Positions 28,224-39,230 of a stretch of 64,000 bases of DNA are shown piece by piece. Location of the stretch: the NCBI GenBank assembly GCA_963422535.1, contig OY730227.1, positions 2,655,582 through 2,719,581 on the forward strand. The letters run 5' to 3'. Source of the stretch: an uncultured Mucilaginibacter sp. GTDB lineage: Bacteria; Bacteroidota; Bacteroidia; Sphingobacteriales; Sphingobacteriaceae. A program made the translations under genes and the position numbers. The notes beneath the pieces were generated by a model. It searched no databases and was not told the origin of the DNA. It saw only the letters and a list, made by a program, of their open reading frames with translations. Each line of letters opens with the position of its first letter. The stretch's first letter is position 1.

Positions 28224-28329
28224 AGTTTTTATTAAAGAATGCAAAAATAGGACTTTTTTTGTGGACTTATAAGCCAATAATGAGCTGTTTTGCCCGATAT
28301 TTTAAAACAGATTAAATACTTTTCGTTAT

Positions 28330-30243
28330 TTAATCAACTTCTGTTTCCATTAGGTACATTTCGTCAATAGCGGTGGCATATTTTTTCTCAATTACCTTGC
28401 GCTTGGCTTTCATGGTAGGGGTTATCTCGCCATCTTCGATACTAAACGGGTTGCGTTTTACTTTAAAGTTTTTTATGCGCTCAAACTTTGCCAATTCGGT
28501 TGATAAACGTTTGATATCTTGTGCTATCCACTCCGTTATTTCTTTATCGTCAATAAAGGGGGTATTATCGGCAAAAAAATCATCTCCTAAGTTGAAATTC
28601 TCTTGCAGTATCTCGCGCGAGGGTACAATTATAGCAGTAATATACTCACGCTTATCGCCCACTAAAAACACCTGCTCTATTTTAGGGCTTTTCAAATAAG
28701 TGTTCTCAACAGGGGTAGGATATACGTTTTTTCCATAGGCATTTACCAGCATATTTTTAAGGCGGTCGGTTATTTGTAGATTGCCTTTATAAAACCTGCC
28801 GATATCGCCCGTATGCAGCCATCCATCTTTATCAATTACGCTGGCAGTTTCTTCGGGTTTGTTCCAATAGCCTTTCATTACACAATGCCCACGCACTATA
28901 ATTTCGCCTTCTTCTGATTGAAAATTTTCTTTAAACGTATGGTGAGTTTGTATGGTGTGAATTTCCTTGGTATCTATGTTTTGTATGCCTACTTCGATAC
29001 GGGGGATGATGCGCCCAACGGTTCCGTATATCACACGTTCGTTTTCGGTAACAGCCATTACTGGCGAGGTTTCTGTCAACCCAAAGCCTTCTAATACTTT
29101 AATGCCTAAATCGCCAAAAAACTCGCCGATGTTTTTGGGTAAAGCACCTCCACCCGAGATAAGAAATTTTAACCGTCCGCCTGTTCGCTCTTTTATCTTG
29201 CTGAAAACTAACTTCTCGGCAATTTTATGCTGCCTGCGTAGTAACAAACTTGGTTTTTTGCCGCTCTCTATTACCAATCTGTATTTGCGCCCAATAGCCA
29301 ACGCCCACACAAAAATCTTTGTTTTTAAACCACCTGCCGATGTGCCATTTTTCATGGCTCTATCGTGTATGCGTTCCAATAGTCGGGGTACGCAACACAT
29401 TACAGTAGGACGCACTTCGCCCATGTTTTTTGCTAATAAATCTAAGCTTTGTGCAAAGGCAATAGTGCAACCTTCGTACAAACAGATATGATAAGTAGCA
29501 GTGCGTTCAAATACATGCGATAGGGGCAGAAACGACAAAAATTTATCTGTATTTTCGAGTACTTGTATTTGCTCCAAACTTGCACGCACATTTTCGGTCA
29601 AGTTATGATGCGTAAGCATTACACCTTTGGGTACGCCCGTAGTACCCGATGTATAGATGAGGCACGATAAATCGGAAGGTAAAATAGCCTCACGAGCAAT
29701 ATTAATAACAGTACGGTATTGATCAACAAGTTGATGCCCTTCTTCAAGTAATTTTTTCAGACAAATGATACCCGAATACAAATTAGCTTTACTACTATAT
29801 TTTTCAAAATCATCAAACGCAAGAATAATACGTATGAGCGAAGGGCAATTGTTGGCTACTTTATAAACCTTTTTTAACAAAAACGGAGTGCCCACTAAGA
29901 TAGTTTTGGCTTCCGAGTCGTTCAGTATATACTCAATTTCGCTTTCGGATAGCGTAGGATAGATGGATGTGTTTACTGCACCAATTTGCTGCAAAGCTTG
30001 ATCATAATAAATATAATCAGGTCCGTTTTCAATAATTAATGCTAAGCGGTCGCCTTTTTTTATGCCGATATTTAATAACCATGCCGATATGGTATCAATT
30101 TTTTCGAGTGCTTCTCTATACGAAATCTCAACCCATTCATCCTTAACCTTGTGCACCAAAAAGGGATGGGTATCAGGATGTATATTAGCAACAATGTTGC
30201 GTATCAAATTAGGGACAATGGTACGTTCGGCTACAGAATTCAT
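28330..30243 (-). CDS. Long-chain fatty acid--CoA ligase (AMP-dependent synthetase)
   Basis: IYTSGTTGVPKG, EGFGLTE, WLHTGDIG and ITDRLK. Confidence 0.92.
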   Translation of the reverse strand: MNSVAERTIVPNLIRNIVANIHPDTHPFLVHKVKDEWVEISYREALEKIDTISAWLLNIGIKKGDRLALIIENGPDYIYYDQALQQIGAVNTSIYPTLSESEIEYILNDSEAKTILVGTPFLLKKVYKVANNCPSLIRIILAFDDFEKYSSKANLYSGIICLKKLLEEGHQLVDQYRTVINIAREAILPSDLSCLIYTSGTTGVPKGVMLTHHNLTENVRASLEQIQVLENTDKFLSFLPLSHVFERTATYHICLYEGCTIAFAQSLDLLAKNMGEVRPTVMCCVPRLLERIHDRAMKNGTSAGGLKTKIFVWALAIGRKYRLVIESGKKPSLLLRRQHKIAEKLVFSKIKERTGGRLKFLISGGGALPKNIGEFFGDLGIKVLEGFGLTETSPVMAVTENERVIYGTVGRIIPRIEVGIQNIDTKEIHTIQTHHTFKENFQSEEGEIIVRGHCVMKGYWNKPEETASVIDKDGWLHTGDIGRFYKGNLQITDRLKNMLVNAYGKNVYPTPVENTYLKSPKIEQVFLVGDKREYITAIIVPSREILQENFNLGDDFFADNTPFIDDKEITEWIAQDIKRLSTELAKFERIKNFKVKRNPFSIEDGEITPTMKAKRKVIEKKYATAIDEMYLMETEVD

Positions 30244-30341
30244 TCGGTATAATTGACTTTCACTAATATTTTAGCGATAAATATAATGATTGTACTGATT
30301 TTATTTCAATACAATCATTTGTCAATAGTTTAAATGAAGTG

Positions 30342-30668
30342 TTAAACCGAAAAACTTTCGCCACAACCACAGGTGCGGGTTGCGTTAGGATTATGGAAAT
30401 TGAAACCTTTGCCGTTTAATCCATCCGAAAAATCAAGCTCAGTACCAGCAAGATATAAAAACGATTTCATATCGAGGGCTAAGCGTATGCCTTTATCCTC
30501 AAAAAACTGGTCGCCTTTTTTTATTTCGTTATCAAAATCGAGGTTATAGGATAAACCCGAACAGCCACCACCTTGTACCGAAACACGCAAAAAGTAAGAC
30601 CCATCAAGACCTGCATCTTTCATCAAATGCTCTACCTTACTTTTTGCTTTATCCGTTATAGTTACCAT
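30342..30668 (-). CDS. iscA: HesB/IscA Fe-S carrier protein
   Basis: GGGCSG and TCGCGESF. Confidence 0.92.
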   Translation of the reverse strand: MVTITDKAKSKVEHLMKDAGLDGSYFLRVSVQGGGCSGLSYNLDFDNEIKKGDQFFEDKGIRLALDMKSFLYLAGTELDFSDGLNGKGFNFHNPNATRTCGCGESFSV

Positions 30669-30746
30669 TGTGTTTTTTTAGCCACAGCATTTGCAAGAGT
30701 TACCACCTTTTACTCGGTTTTAACTCTCGAAAACGTGTTTCTGTAA

Positions 30747-31160
30747 TTAATGATGTGTTTTTTCGCTTTCAATTGGTGCAAGACCATTCTTTACACGATA
30801 ATCGTTAATGGCTGCTTTAATAGCATCCTCAGCCAGTACCGAGCAATGTATTTTTACTGGTGGCAAAGCCAATTCTTCAACAATGTCCATGTTGTCAATC
30901 TTCATGGCATCATCAATTGTTTTACCTTTCAGCCACTCGGTAGCTAATGATGACGATGCAATAGCCGAACCGCAACCAAATGTTTTAAATTTAGCATCGG
31001 TAATGATATTGTCGTCATTAACCTCAATTTGCAAACGCATTACGTCGCCACACTCTGGCGCACCTACCAAACCTGTTCCTACTTTGCTGCTACTTTTATC
31101 TAAAGTGCCAACATTGCGTGGATGGGTGTAGTGATCAATTACTTTATCTGAATAAGCCAT
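30747..31160 (-). CDS. iscU: Fe-S scaffold protein
   Basis: GAPECGDVM, FGCGSAIA and LPPVKIHCS. Confidence 0.95.
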   Translation of the reverse strand: MAYSDKVIDHYTHPRNVGTLDKSSSKVGTGLVGAPECGDVMRLQIEVNDDNIITDAKFKTFGCGSAIASSSLATEWLKGKTIDDAMKIDNMDIVEELALPPVKIHCSVLAEDAIKAAINDYRVKNGLAPIESEKTHH

Positions 31161-31222
31161 AGCTTTATGTTTTTAATATTAGTTTTTTATTTACTCAATC
31201 AATTTCCAAAATGCAGTATTGC

Positions 31223-32434
31223 TTAGTGTTCTGCCCACTCTATCGAATCTAAATCGATACCTTCTTTAAACATTTCCCAAAGTGGAGAAAGCTCGCGTAA
31301 GTGGGTAACCGCCTTTTTAGTTACTTCAATAGCGTAATCTACTTCTTCGTCTGTTGTAAAACGTCCTAGTCCGAAACGAATAGATGAGTGTGCTAAATCG
31401 TCGGATAAACCTAAACTCTTTAATACATACGATGGTTCAAGTGATGCAGATGTACATGCCGAGCCGGATGATACCGCCAAATCTTTCATAGCCATCATCA
31501 AACCCTCACCTTCTACGTATTTGAATGATATATTGGCTACATGCGGCAAACGGTGTGTCACATTACCATTTACATAACTCTCTTCTAATTCTAATAGTGA
31601 AGTTTGTAATCTATCGCGCATAGCCGATAAGCGTTTGGCTTCGCTTTCCATTTCTTGCCCGCACAGCTCACAAGCTTTACCAAAACCTACTATACCAGGT
31701 ACGTTTAACGTGCCTGAGCGCATACCACGCTCGTGCCCGCCACCATCCATTTGGGCAGTAACTTTCACTCTCGGGCCTTTGCGGCGTACATATAATGCAC
31801 CTACACCTTTAGGGCCATACATTTTGTGCGCTGTAAAAGCCAATAAATCAATACCATCAGCATTTACATCTACTGGTATTTTACCTACTGCTTGGGTAGC
31901 ATCAGTCATAAACAATGCGCCAAACTTATGTGCAATAGCAGAAATTTCTTTAATAGGTTGGATAACGCCAATCTCGTTATTGCCATACATGATTGAAACC
32001 AAAATAGTTTCGGGAGTCATAGCGGCTTCCAATTCTTGCAAATTTACCAAACCATCTTCTTGAACAGGTAGATAGGTGATGCGTGCACCTAATTTTTCTA
32101 AATGTTTACAAGTATCTAAAATGGCTTTATGCTCGGTTACAGTAGTAATGATGTGATTACCTTTATCTTTATACATCTCAAACACACCTTTGATAGCCAA
32201 GTTATCGGCTTCGGTTGCGCCTGATGTAAAGATGATTTCTTTTTCACTTGCACCTATTAGTTTGGCTACTTGCTCGCGAGCGTAATCAACACCTTCTTCG
32301 GCTACCCAACCAAAGGCGTGGTTGCGACTTGCGGCATTACCAAATTTTTGATTAAAAAATGGTAGCATAGCTTCAAGTACCCTCGGATCCATTGGGGTAG
32401 TGGCGTTATTGTCAAGATATATTGGGATATTCAT
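31223..32434 (-). CDS. iscS: Cysteine desulfurase
   Basis: [25 protein letters not shown] and SSGSACTS. Likely start is 32434. Confidence 0.96.
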   Translation of the reverse strand: MNIPIYLDNNATTPMDPRVLEAMLPFFNQKFGNAASRNHAFGWVAEEGVDYAREQVAKLIGASEKEIIFTSGATEADNLAIKGVFEMYKDKGNHIITTVTEHKAILDTCKHLEKLGARITYLPVQEDGLVNLQELEAAMTPETILVSIMYGNNEIGVIQPIKEISAIAHKFGALFMTDATQAVGKIPVDVNADGIDLLAFTAHKMYGPKGVGALYVRRKGPRVKVTAQMDGGGHERGMRSGTLNVPGIVGFGKACELCGQEMESEAKRLSAMRDRLQTSLLELEESYVNGNVTHRLPHVANISFKYVEGEGLMMAMKDLAVSSGSACTSASLEPSYVLKSLGLSDDLAHSSIRFGLGRFTTDEEVDYAIEVTKKAVTHLRELSPLWEMFKEGIDLDSIEWAEH

Positions 32435-32533
32435 ATCAATTTTATTAATAATGTACAAAGATAAGTAAAGTTTTTATTTAAAATGATTACAAACAAGGTT
32501 GAATAATCAGATAAACGTAATTATTTACAATAT

Positions 32534-32941
32534 TTGGACATGAAACATATTGAACATATTGGTATAGCTGTTAGTGATATTGCAAGCGCAGGTAAACTAT
32601 ATGAAAAATTGCTGAATACAGCTGTTTATAAGGTAGAAGAAGTAGCATCAGAAGGAGTAAAAACAGCCTTTTTGCAAACGGGGATAAATAAAATTGAGCT
32701 TTTAGAAGCTACTTCTGTGGATAGCCCTATTGCAAAATTTATTGAGAAAAGGGGAGGAGGCATACACCATATTGCTTTTGAAGTAGAAGATATCATAGCC
32801 GAAATGGAGCGATTAACACAAGAGGGCTTTATCTTATTAAACGAACAACCAAAGCAAGGTGCTGATAATAAATTGGTGTGTTTTGTTCACCCCAAAAGCA
32901 CAAACGGTGTATTGATAGAGCTTTGTCAAGAGCGAAAATAA
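32534..32941 (+). CDS. mce: Methylmalonyl-CoA epimerase (VOC family)
   Basis: IEHIGIAV, GGGIHHIAF and FVHPKSTNGVLIEL. Confidence 0.92.
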   Translation: MDMKHIEHIGIAVSDIASAGKLYEKLLNTAVYKVEEVASEGVKTAFLQTGINKIELLEATSVDSPIAKFIEKRGGGIHHIAFEVEDIIAEMERLTQEGFILLNEQPKQGADNKLVCFVHPKSTNGVLIELCQERK

Positions 32942-32958
32942 AATAATAAGGCTGCTTG

Positions 32959-34293
32959 TTATGGTAACTTGCTGAAATCTATATCGGGTGTTTGGTGTTG
33001 CAATGGGCGTTCAAAATTACCATTACGAGGCGTGTAATTATTAAAGAAACCGCAATCTTTTAGGTAGAACGCATTGCCCTCTAAACCACCTGCATAATCC
33101 ATCCGATAGCCCTTTGCGCCTGTGTTATCGCAAGTAAAGTGAGCTTTATTCAGTTCATGCCAGTTGCTATTGGTGTCGTATATCCATTGGTTGTTGAATT
33201 GTACGCTACGTGTAATAGTACCTTGCTCGGGTTCAAAATTCTCTAAAAACGAATATAAATGGTTTAAATAGGTAGTTGTTTTTGGGCGACTAAAGCTTGC
33301 TATCAATTGCCATTTGCCCAACTCAGGAGCATAAAAATAAGCGGTATAGGTAGTTCTGTCTTGCCCTTCGGGTTTAGCATGTAGCAAAAAACGATAGGTG
33401 TTTCCAGCCTTCCACATATAATTCAAATAGCTTTGCCCTCCTGCGCCCTCATTGCCAAACTCTCCAATATGCACGTTCTCGCCTTTTTTTAATAGATTTA
33501 TTTTTTGGTCGGCAGGTATTGCTTCGGGATTATCAGTATTAAACGGACTCCATACCGAGAACAGAATATGGCGTTCGGTAGGCGAATTTACTTGCATCCC
33601 AAAATATCCCTCCCCAAAGCCATCAGCCATAAAATACGAGCCCAATACATCATTTCCTTGTGGTACAGTTACCTCGTTATAAAACCATTCGGCATTTACA
33701 TTATCAGGCGTATTATAGTTTAAATGTACTGATGGGCCACGTCTTCCCCAATGAAAAAAATTATCATCATTGTTTTTTACATAGGCGGTTTTGTTATCAA
33801 TAACATTTCCACTTAGTTGAATACTACTAATGTTTGCAAATAAATCGCCAGTTTTATTAACGCCATGTATTTTGATGGCTACATAACCGGTGTCTTTTAC
33901 CGTCCATTCGCCTGCATAGTAGGTTTTTGATAGATTGTTGTTTACCTTAATTTCTTTAGTACTTCCTAAAGTGGAAACGGCTATTTTGCTTTCGCCGTTA
34001 GGTACAGCAATGTTTAAGTATAATTTAAACTTGCCAGTATGCCCAAAACGCACATAAGCAATAAAATCTGCTTTAGCATCACTCCAATTTACAATGCCAT
34101 CATTACTGATGTTGCCACCAAGTGTATCTTTATCCACTCGCCAAGCATTACCACCCAACGGAATATTTATTAAGCTATCAGTCTGCGGCATTGTATGTTC
34201 TGTTGCTTTAGCACAACTTATACTAATTATGGATACAGCTATTATTGGGATGACGAAAATGATGTGAAGTTTGGAGCGTAGGGTCGAAATCAT
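32959..34293 (-). CDS. DUF5077/DUF3472 secreted protein (probable lipoprotein)
   Basis: ISISC lipobox-like; WGRRGPSVHL, FYNEVTVP, GYFGMQVNS and FGNEGAGGQS. Confidence 0.8.
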   Translation of the reverse strand: MISTLRSKLHIIFVIPIIAVSIISISCAKATEHTMPQTDSLINIPLGGNAWRVDKDTLGGNISNDGIVNWSDAKADFIAYVRFGHTGKFKLYLNIAVPNGESKIAVSTLGSTKEIKVNNNLSKTYYAGEWTVKDTGYVAIKIHGVNKTGDLFANISSIQLSGNVIDNKTAYVKNNDDNFFHWGRRGPSVHLNYNTPDNVNAEWFYNEVTVPQGNDVLGSYFMADGFGEGYFGMQVNSPTERHILFSVWSPFNTDNPEAIPADQKINLLKKGENVHIGEFGNEGAGGQSYLNYMWKAGNTYRFLLHAKPEGQDRTTYTAYFYAPELGKWQLIASFSRPKTTTYLNHLYSFLENFEPEQGTITRSVQFNNQWIYDTNSNWHELNKAHFTCDNTGAKGYRMDYAGGLEGNAFYLKDCGFFNNYTPRNGNFERPLQHQTPDIDFSKLP

Positions 34294-34973
34294 GAGTTAT
34301 TTGGATGCTGCTTTAAATCGGCGGCAATGATATGAAATATTTGCATAAAATCATCATAAAGTTCATTTCGATATGCAGTTAGCACGGTATTCATGTTTTG
34401 CTCATGCTCGGGTGTAAACGGGTTTTCCCATACACGCATACATATTCGTTTAAGGGCATAGGCTATTTTTTCGGTTTCTACATAAGTTTCTAGATAGCGA
34501 CTCGATTTGAATTTTTCATAAAATTCAAAAAATCGTTCGGTTGTTTGCAATCCTGCAAAGTTTAAAAACTGTGCAATTACTTCATTGTCGCAGTTGTTTA
34601 GGTGTGTGTAGAAACTGTTTGTAGCTATCTTTTCGGTAGTGAGTAAAAGATTATCCAATATCAACTCAAGGGCAATATGCCCCAAGAAAAATGGTTTTAC
34701 GGGCGAGCCTGCAATAGATGGAGCAAGTATATTTTTGAGTTGATGCGAGTGCGAAGTAAAAAAAGAAGATGAATGAAAATAGCGGTCAACTTCCAAATGT
34801 TTTTTCCAACCAGTGATGATGCTGTTTATTTCGCTATTCGGATGATTTAGCTTTTCGGGATGAATAATGATGTTTTTATCTGCATTTTTCAACAAATCGG
34901 GTAGCACTATACCCAATATATGGTATGGATTGTTTATATCCTTGTCGAAATAATAATGCGATAGAAAATTCAT
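34290..34973 (-). CDS. AcpH-like (ACP phosphodiesterase / HD-like) hypothetical protein
   Basis: MNFLSH, LPD, H..VDRYFH and GHIALELILD pattern. Confidence 0.6.
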   Translation of the reverse strand: MNFLSHYYFDKDINNPYHILGIVLPDLLKNADKNIIIHPEKLNHPNSEINSIITGWKKHLEVDRYFHSSSFFTSHSHQLKNILAPSIAGSPVKPFFLGHIALELILDNLLLTTEKIATNSFYTHLNNCDNEVIAQFLNFAGLQTTERFFEFYEKFKSSRYLETYVETEKIAYALKRICMRVWENPFTPEHEQNMNTVLTAYRNELYDDFMQIFHIIAADLKQHPNNS

Positions 34974-35070
34974 ATTGTTTCACTTCTACGTGTTTTATAG
35001 GCATAATGTACAAAAAATATCTGATTGCTGTTTAATTAGAAGGTAAAAATCAATTTTTCGGCTATTCTTC

Positions 35071-35078
35071 TATCTTTG
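35071..35078 (+). promoter_or_regulatory. -7 box TATCTTTG for tyrS
   Basis: TAnnTTTG match 17 nt before the ATG. Confidence 0.55.
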
Positions 35079-35095
35079 CAGCTTTAATATATACG

Positions 35096-36379
35096 ATGAA
35101 TTTTGTAGAAGAATTACGCTGGAGAGGCATGCTGCATGATATTATGCCTGGAACTGAAGAATTGCTAAATAAGGGCATGGCATCGGGTTATATAGGTTTT
35201 GACCCTACTGCCGATTCGTTGCATGTGGGTAGCTTGGCTCAAATCATGACTTTAATCCATTTTCAACGTGCAGGGCACAAGCCTTTTGCATTGGTAGGTG
35301 GTGCTACTGGTATGGTGGGCGATCCCTCTGGAAAATCGCAAGAACGTAATTTGTTGTCAGAAGATGTGTTGCAACACAATTTGGCTGGCATACAAAAGCA
35401 ACTAGAAAAGTTTTTGAATTTTGATTGTGGTGCTAATAGTGCCCAAATGGTGAATAATTACGATTGGTTTAAAGATTTTTCTTTTCTAAACTTTATTCGC
35501 GATGTGGGCAAACATATCACCGTAAACTATATGATGGCTAAAGATTCGGTAAAAAACCGCATCAATGGCGATACCGGTATGTCGTTCACCGAGTTTACTT
35601 ATCAATTGGTACAAGGGTATGATTTTTATTATTTGTGGAAACATCATCAATGTGTTTTGCAAATGGGAGGCTCAGACCAATGGGGTAATATTGTTACTGG
35701 TACTGAACTGATACGCCGTAAAGATGCTGGCGAGGCATTTGCACTTACTACACAACTTATTAAAAAAGCTGATGGTACTAAGTTTGGTAAAACCGAAGGT
35801 GGTAATATATGGCTCGACCCCGAAAAGACATCGCCTTATCAGTTTTATCAGTTTTGGCTGAATACTAGTGATGCTGATGCCAAGACTTACATTCGGATAT
35901 TTACTTTGTTTGATAGGGCTAAAATTGAAGCACTGGAAGTTGAGCACGATACTGCGCCGCATTTGCGTTTGTTGCAAAAGGAGTTGGCAAAGGATATTAC
36001 TATTCGCACGCATGGCGAAGCTGCATACCAAAAGGCGATTCAATCGTCGGAGTTTTTGTTTGGGAATACGGGTATTGAGTTTTTGAATGAATTGAGCAAT
36101 GCCGAGGTATTGGCATTGTTTGAGGGTGTGCCCAATTATAATATCAGCGCAAGCGAATTATCCGAAGGTGTAAATGTGGTTGATTTGCTTGGCGCAAAAA
36201 CAGCTGTGTTTGCATCAAAAGGCGAAGCTAAAAAGATGATACAAGGCGGTGGGGTAGCTATTAATAAAAGCAAGATTGAGTCCGTTGATAGCATCTACAA
36301 CTCCGAAAACCTAATTGGTGGCAAGTTTTTAGTAGTACAAAAAGGAAAGAAAAATTATTTTTTGATTGTTGTAGAATAA
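35096..36379 (+). CDS. tyrS: Tyrosine--tRNA ligase
   Basis: [13 protein letters not shown] (HIGH-like), [15 protein letters not shown] and a C-terminal S4 domain. Confidence 0.97.
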   Translation: MNFVEELRWRGMLHDIMPGTEELLNKGMASGYIGFDPTADSLHVGSLAQIMTLIHFQRAGHKPFALVGGATGMVGDPSGKSQERNLLSEDVLQHNLAGIQKQLEKFLNFDCGANSAQMVNNYDWFKDFSFLNFIRDVGKHITVNYMMAKDSVKNRINGDTGMSFTEFTYQLVQGYDFYYLWKHHQCVLQMGGSDQWGNIVTGTELIRRKDAGEAFALTTQLIKKADGTKFGKTEGGNIWLDPEKTSPYQFYQFWLNTSDADAKTYIRIFTLFDRAKIEALEVEHDTAPHLRLLQKELAKDITIRTHGEAAYQKAIQSSEFLFGNTGIEFLNELSNAEVLALFEGVPNYNISASELSEGVNVVDLLGAKTAVFASKGEAKKMIQGGGVAINKSKIESVDSIYNSENLIGGKFLVVQKGKKNYFLIVVE

Positions 36380-36416
36380 TTTGCAAAACCGACAAAAAGT
36401 ATTTATTTTTGGATAA

Positions 36417-36926
36417 ATGTCCAAGAAGGTAAAAAAATATACCGATAATATAATAGAGCCAAGCATCGTAAGTGAGCCTATGGTAGCTTATATTGCTTCG
36501 CCTCCTAGTCATCCTTTTTATAGTTTATTGGGTAGCTCTAAGCAATCTCGGTTTGTTAATGATCAGGATGTTTTACAAATCACAAGGGATGGCTTGCCAA
36601 AGCTTACGCTGTTATCATTAGCTCAAAAAATATCGCTCACTATTCAAGATTTGGCAAATATCATGCACATTTCTGAGCGCACTTTACAGCGTTACGATGA
36701 TAATGCCATTATCAAAACCGAATATTCTGAGAAAGCTATTGAGCTTGCTCGCCTTTATACTCGTGGGGAGGAGGTTTTTGGTTCGATGGATAAATTCAAA
36801 GTTTGGATGAAAACTCCTAGTCATATATTTAATGGTGATACTCCTATGTCGCTCTTAGATACGTCTTTTGGTTTTAATATGATTTTTAAGGAGTTGGGTC
36901 GTATCGAGCACGGTATTTTTGCTTAA
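36417..36926 (+). CDS. Xre/MbcA/ParS-family antitoxin (HTH plus DUF2384-type C-terminus)
   Basis: LANIMHISERTLQRY; FGSMDKFKVWMKTPS..FNGDTPMSLLDT..G..GRIEHG. Confidence 0.9.
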   Translation: MSKKVKKYTDNIIEPSIVSEPMVAYIASPPSHPFYSLLGSSKQSRFVNDQDVLQITRDGLPKLTLLSLAQKISLTIQDLANIMHISERTLQRYDDNAIIKTEYSEKAIELARLYTRGEEVFGSMDKFKVWMKTPSHIFNGDTPMSLLDTSFGFNMIFKELGRIEHGIFA

Positions 36927-36928
36927 TC

Positions 36929-37384
36929 ATGTTGTTGTATCGTTTATCTAAATGTATCTACGCTGATGATTTGAGCGGTGCTGGTGCAAGGTTATATGGT
37001 GGTAGGTGGAACAGCGAAGGTAAAGCTTTGGTTTACTTAGCATCAAGTCGTTCGCTGGCGGTGTTAGAAACCTTGGTTCATTTGCCGCCTACGCTTATTC
37101 CTGATGATTTTTGTATGGCAACTATCGAAGTGCCTGATCATAATTTTGGCGCTATTCAACAGCAATTGTTGCCACAAAATTGGCGCGATTATCCCGATCA
37201 AGGTATATTAAAGCAAATGGGTAATTTCTTTTTACTCGAAAATAAACATTTGCTTTTACGTGTTCCTTCGGCAGTTGTAGGCGAAGAGTTTAATTATTTG
37301 CTTAACCCAGCACATAGCAATGCCTCAAAAGTGAAAATCAAAAGCATCGAGCCTTTTTCTTTCGACAATAGGTTGATTACTTAG
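36929..37384 (+). CDS. RES-domain toxin (ParT/MbcT-like NAD+-degrading family)
   Basis: LYR, GGRWNS, YLASSRSLAVLE, VPSAV and NYLLNP (R, E, S conserved). Confidence 0.92.
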   Translation: MLLYRLSKCIYADDLSGAGARLYGGRWNSEGKALVYLASSRSLAVLETLVHLPPTLIPDDFCMATIEVPDHNFGAIQQQLLPQNWRDYPDQGILKQMGNFFLLENKHLLLRVPSAVVGEEFNYLLNPAHSNASKVKIKSIEPFSFDNRLIT

Positions 37385-37390
37385 TGAAAT

Positions 37391-38050
37391 TTATAAATCG
37401 CTCAATAATTCCAATTTCTTAGCATTGTATTCTTCCTGGGTGATAAGTCCGCTATCAAACAATGTTCTAAGTTTTTTGAGTTTTTCGGTAAGTGCATCTG
37501 CTTTTGGGGCTTCTTCGTGCACGGGTGGAGCCTCAACTATTACTGGCGCAGGCTGAGGGGTTACCACTATAGGTTGCGCTGCTATGGCTGCACCCGCATG
37601 ACCTTCTAAATTAATTGAGCCCGATTCGGCGCGTTTTTCTTCCAAATCACGTAAGCGACGAGCTTCACGCTCGGCTTCTTTACGTTCTTGAGCGTATTGG
37701 TACAATTTTCTGCCTTGTACTTTAGGTAGATAATCAACCCCCATTTCGGCACCATTGGTAGCTTTTATGCTAAATATTGCACCTATAATTTCTTCTTTGG
37801 TATATACATCTACTATATCTTTCCAAACAAAATCAATAAATTTTATCGACAAGCCTAAATTGGCAGGTGTAAAAAACAATACTCTTTTGTTGGTTAGTGC
37901 TACGCAATCAGGCAATATATTTACCAATGGTTTTTTTTGTGTGGCAATATATATTATCTCTTCGCCAGTGGTTAAAAGGTCGGTAAGGCGCGAATATACT
38001 TTTTCAACAGCTTTTTGGTCTTGCTGATCGTTCAAAAATTTCTCAATCAT
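37391..38050 (-). CDS. Bacterial PH-domain protein with a C-terminal SHOCT domain
   Basis: ALTNKRVLF (bPH); EKLKKLRTLFDSGLITQEEYNAKKLELL (SHOCT). Confidence 0.82.
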   Translation of the reverse strand: MIEKFLNDQQDQKAVEKVYSRLTDLLTTGEEIIYIATQKKPLVNILPDCVALTNKRVLFFTPANLGLSIKFIDFVWKDIVDVYTKEEIIGAIFSIKATNGAEMGVDYLPKVQGRKLYQYAQERKEAEREARRLRDLEEKRAESGSINLEGHAGAAIAAQPIVVTPQPAPVIVEAPPVHEEAPKADALTEKLKKLRTLFDSGLITQEEYNAKKLELLSDL

Positions 38051-38109
38051 TTTATTTCGATATTGATAGAGGCAAAAATAGTAATAATCTCTTAGTTGTG
38101 ATATAAGTT

Positions 38110-39096
38110 TTAAGCAATCAGTAAATTACAGCCCCGTATGTCCGAATTATCAAAACGCCCCAATACTTCAAACGAACCATCGGCATATACTTTCCCCAAA
38201 TCTTGTGTGGCAATAAAAGCACACGAGTTGATATTTGCCAAATCAATCACATTAATGCCACCTGTTTTGCCGTTTTCGAGATAGTTGATAGGGTCGTTGG
38301 TGTCACGTGTTTTGATTTTCATCCAAGGGGGGCAATTAAATATTCCATTGCCTTTAGAGTATGCTTGCGATAGCAGCTCAGTCATCCCATATTCGGAGTG
38401 TATGGCATTCACCCCAAAACCATTGCATAGTGTTTGATGCAATTCTTCGCGTATCATTTCTTTACGCCGCCCTTTCATGCCGCCCGTTTCCATTACAATC
38501 AGCTCTGGAAAATGGATAGTGTGGTGCTCAACAAAATCGAGCAAAGCAAACGTTACGCCAATAAGCAGGGTAGGTTTTTGAGCTTGTTGCTGCTTTTTTA
38601 ATTGTTCAAATAAATCGACATGATTATGCAAAAAGAAACCACTATCGGCATTGTTTGATTGTTTAACCAAATCTTCTGCCATATAAATTAACGATGAGCC
38701 GTCTCTTTCGAGGTACGATGGTAGCAATGCTAATACACAGTAATTGGTAATATCACCATAAAATAGCTTAAATGCTTTTCGATAGCTTTCTTCGTACCAA
38801 CTTACATCCGTTACCAAATGTTTACTGTTAATTGCACCCGTAGTACCCGAACTGGTAAATGCGATTTGCACAGGCTTATTGTCGCTCAATACTTCGTGCG
38901 ACTTAAAAAAACTAATAGGTAAAAATGGTATTTGATTGATGCTGTTTACCGAATTGATATCAACCTTAAGATGTGTGATAAACTCGCGATAAACCGCACA
39001 ATGCTGAGCCTGATAGCGAAATATTTGCATAGACATATCATCAAACTGTTGTTCGTTTGCGATAGCAAATAGCTGTTGCTTATTAGGCTTTATCAT
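38110..39096 (-). CDS. LuxE/PaaK-family acyl-protein synthetase-like acyl transferase
   Basis: FTSSGTTG, METGGMKGRR, SEYGMTELLSQ and ATQDLG. Confidence 0.85.
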   Translation of the reverse strand: MIKPNKQQLFAIANEQQFDDMSMQIFRYQAQHCAVYREFITHLKVDINSVNSINQIPFLPISFFKSHEVLSDNKPVQIAFTSSGTTGAINSKHLVTDVSWYEESYRKAFKLFYGDITNYCVLALLPSYLERDGSSLIYMAEDLVKQSNNADSGFFLHNHVDLFEQLKKQQQAQKPTLLIGVTFALLDFVEHHTIHFPELIVMETGGMKGRRKEMIREELHQTLCNGFGVNAIHSEYGMTELLSQAYSKGNGIFNCPPWMKIKTRDTNDPINYLENGKTGGINVIDLANINSCAFIATQDLGKVYADGSFEVLGRFDNSDIRGCNLLIA

Positions 39097-39230
39097 GCTG
39101 GCAAAGATAAGTTAATGTATAGATATGTAAGCAGAACGAAATAAATTGTAATTGCTCTATATTTATTTCTATCGATAGAAAACAAGTGCGATATTTTTAC
39201 GTTTTTTGTGTATAATTAATTTACGTCATT

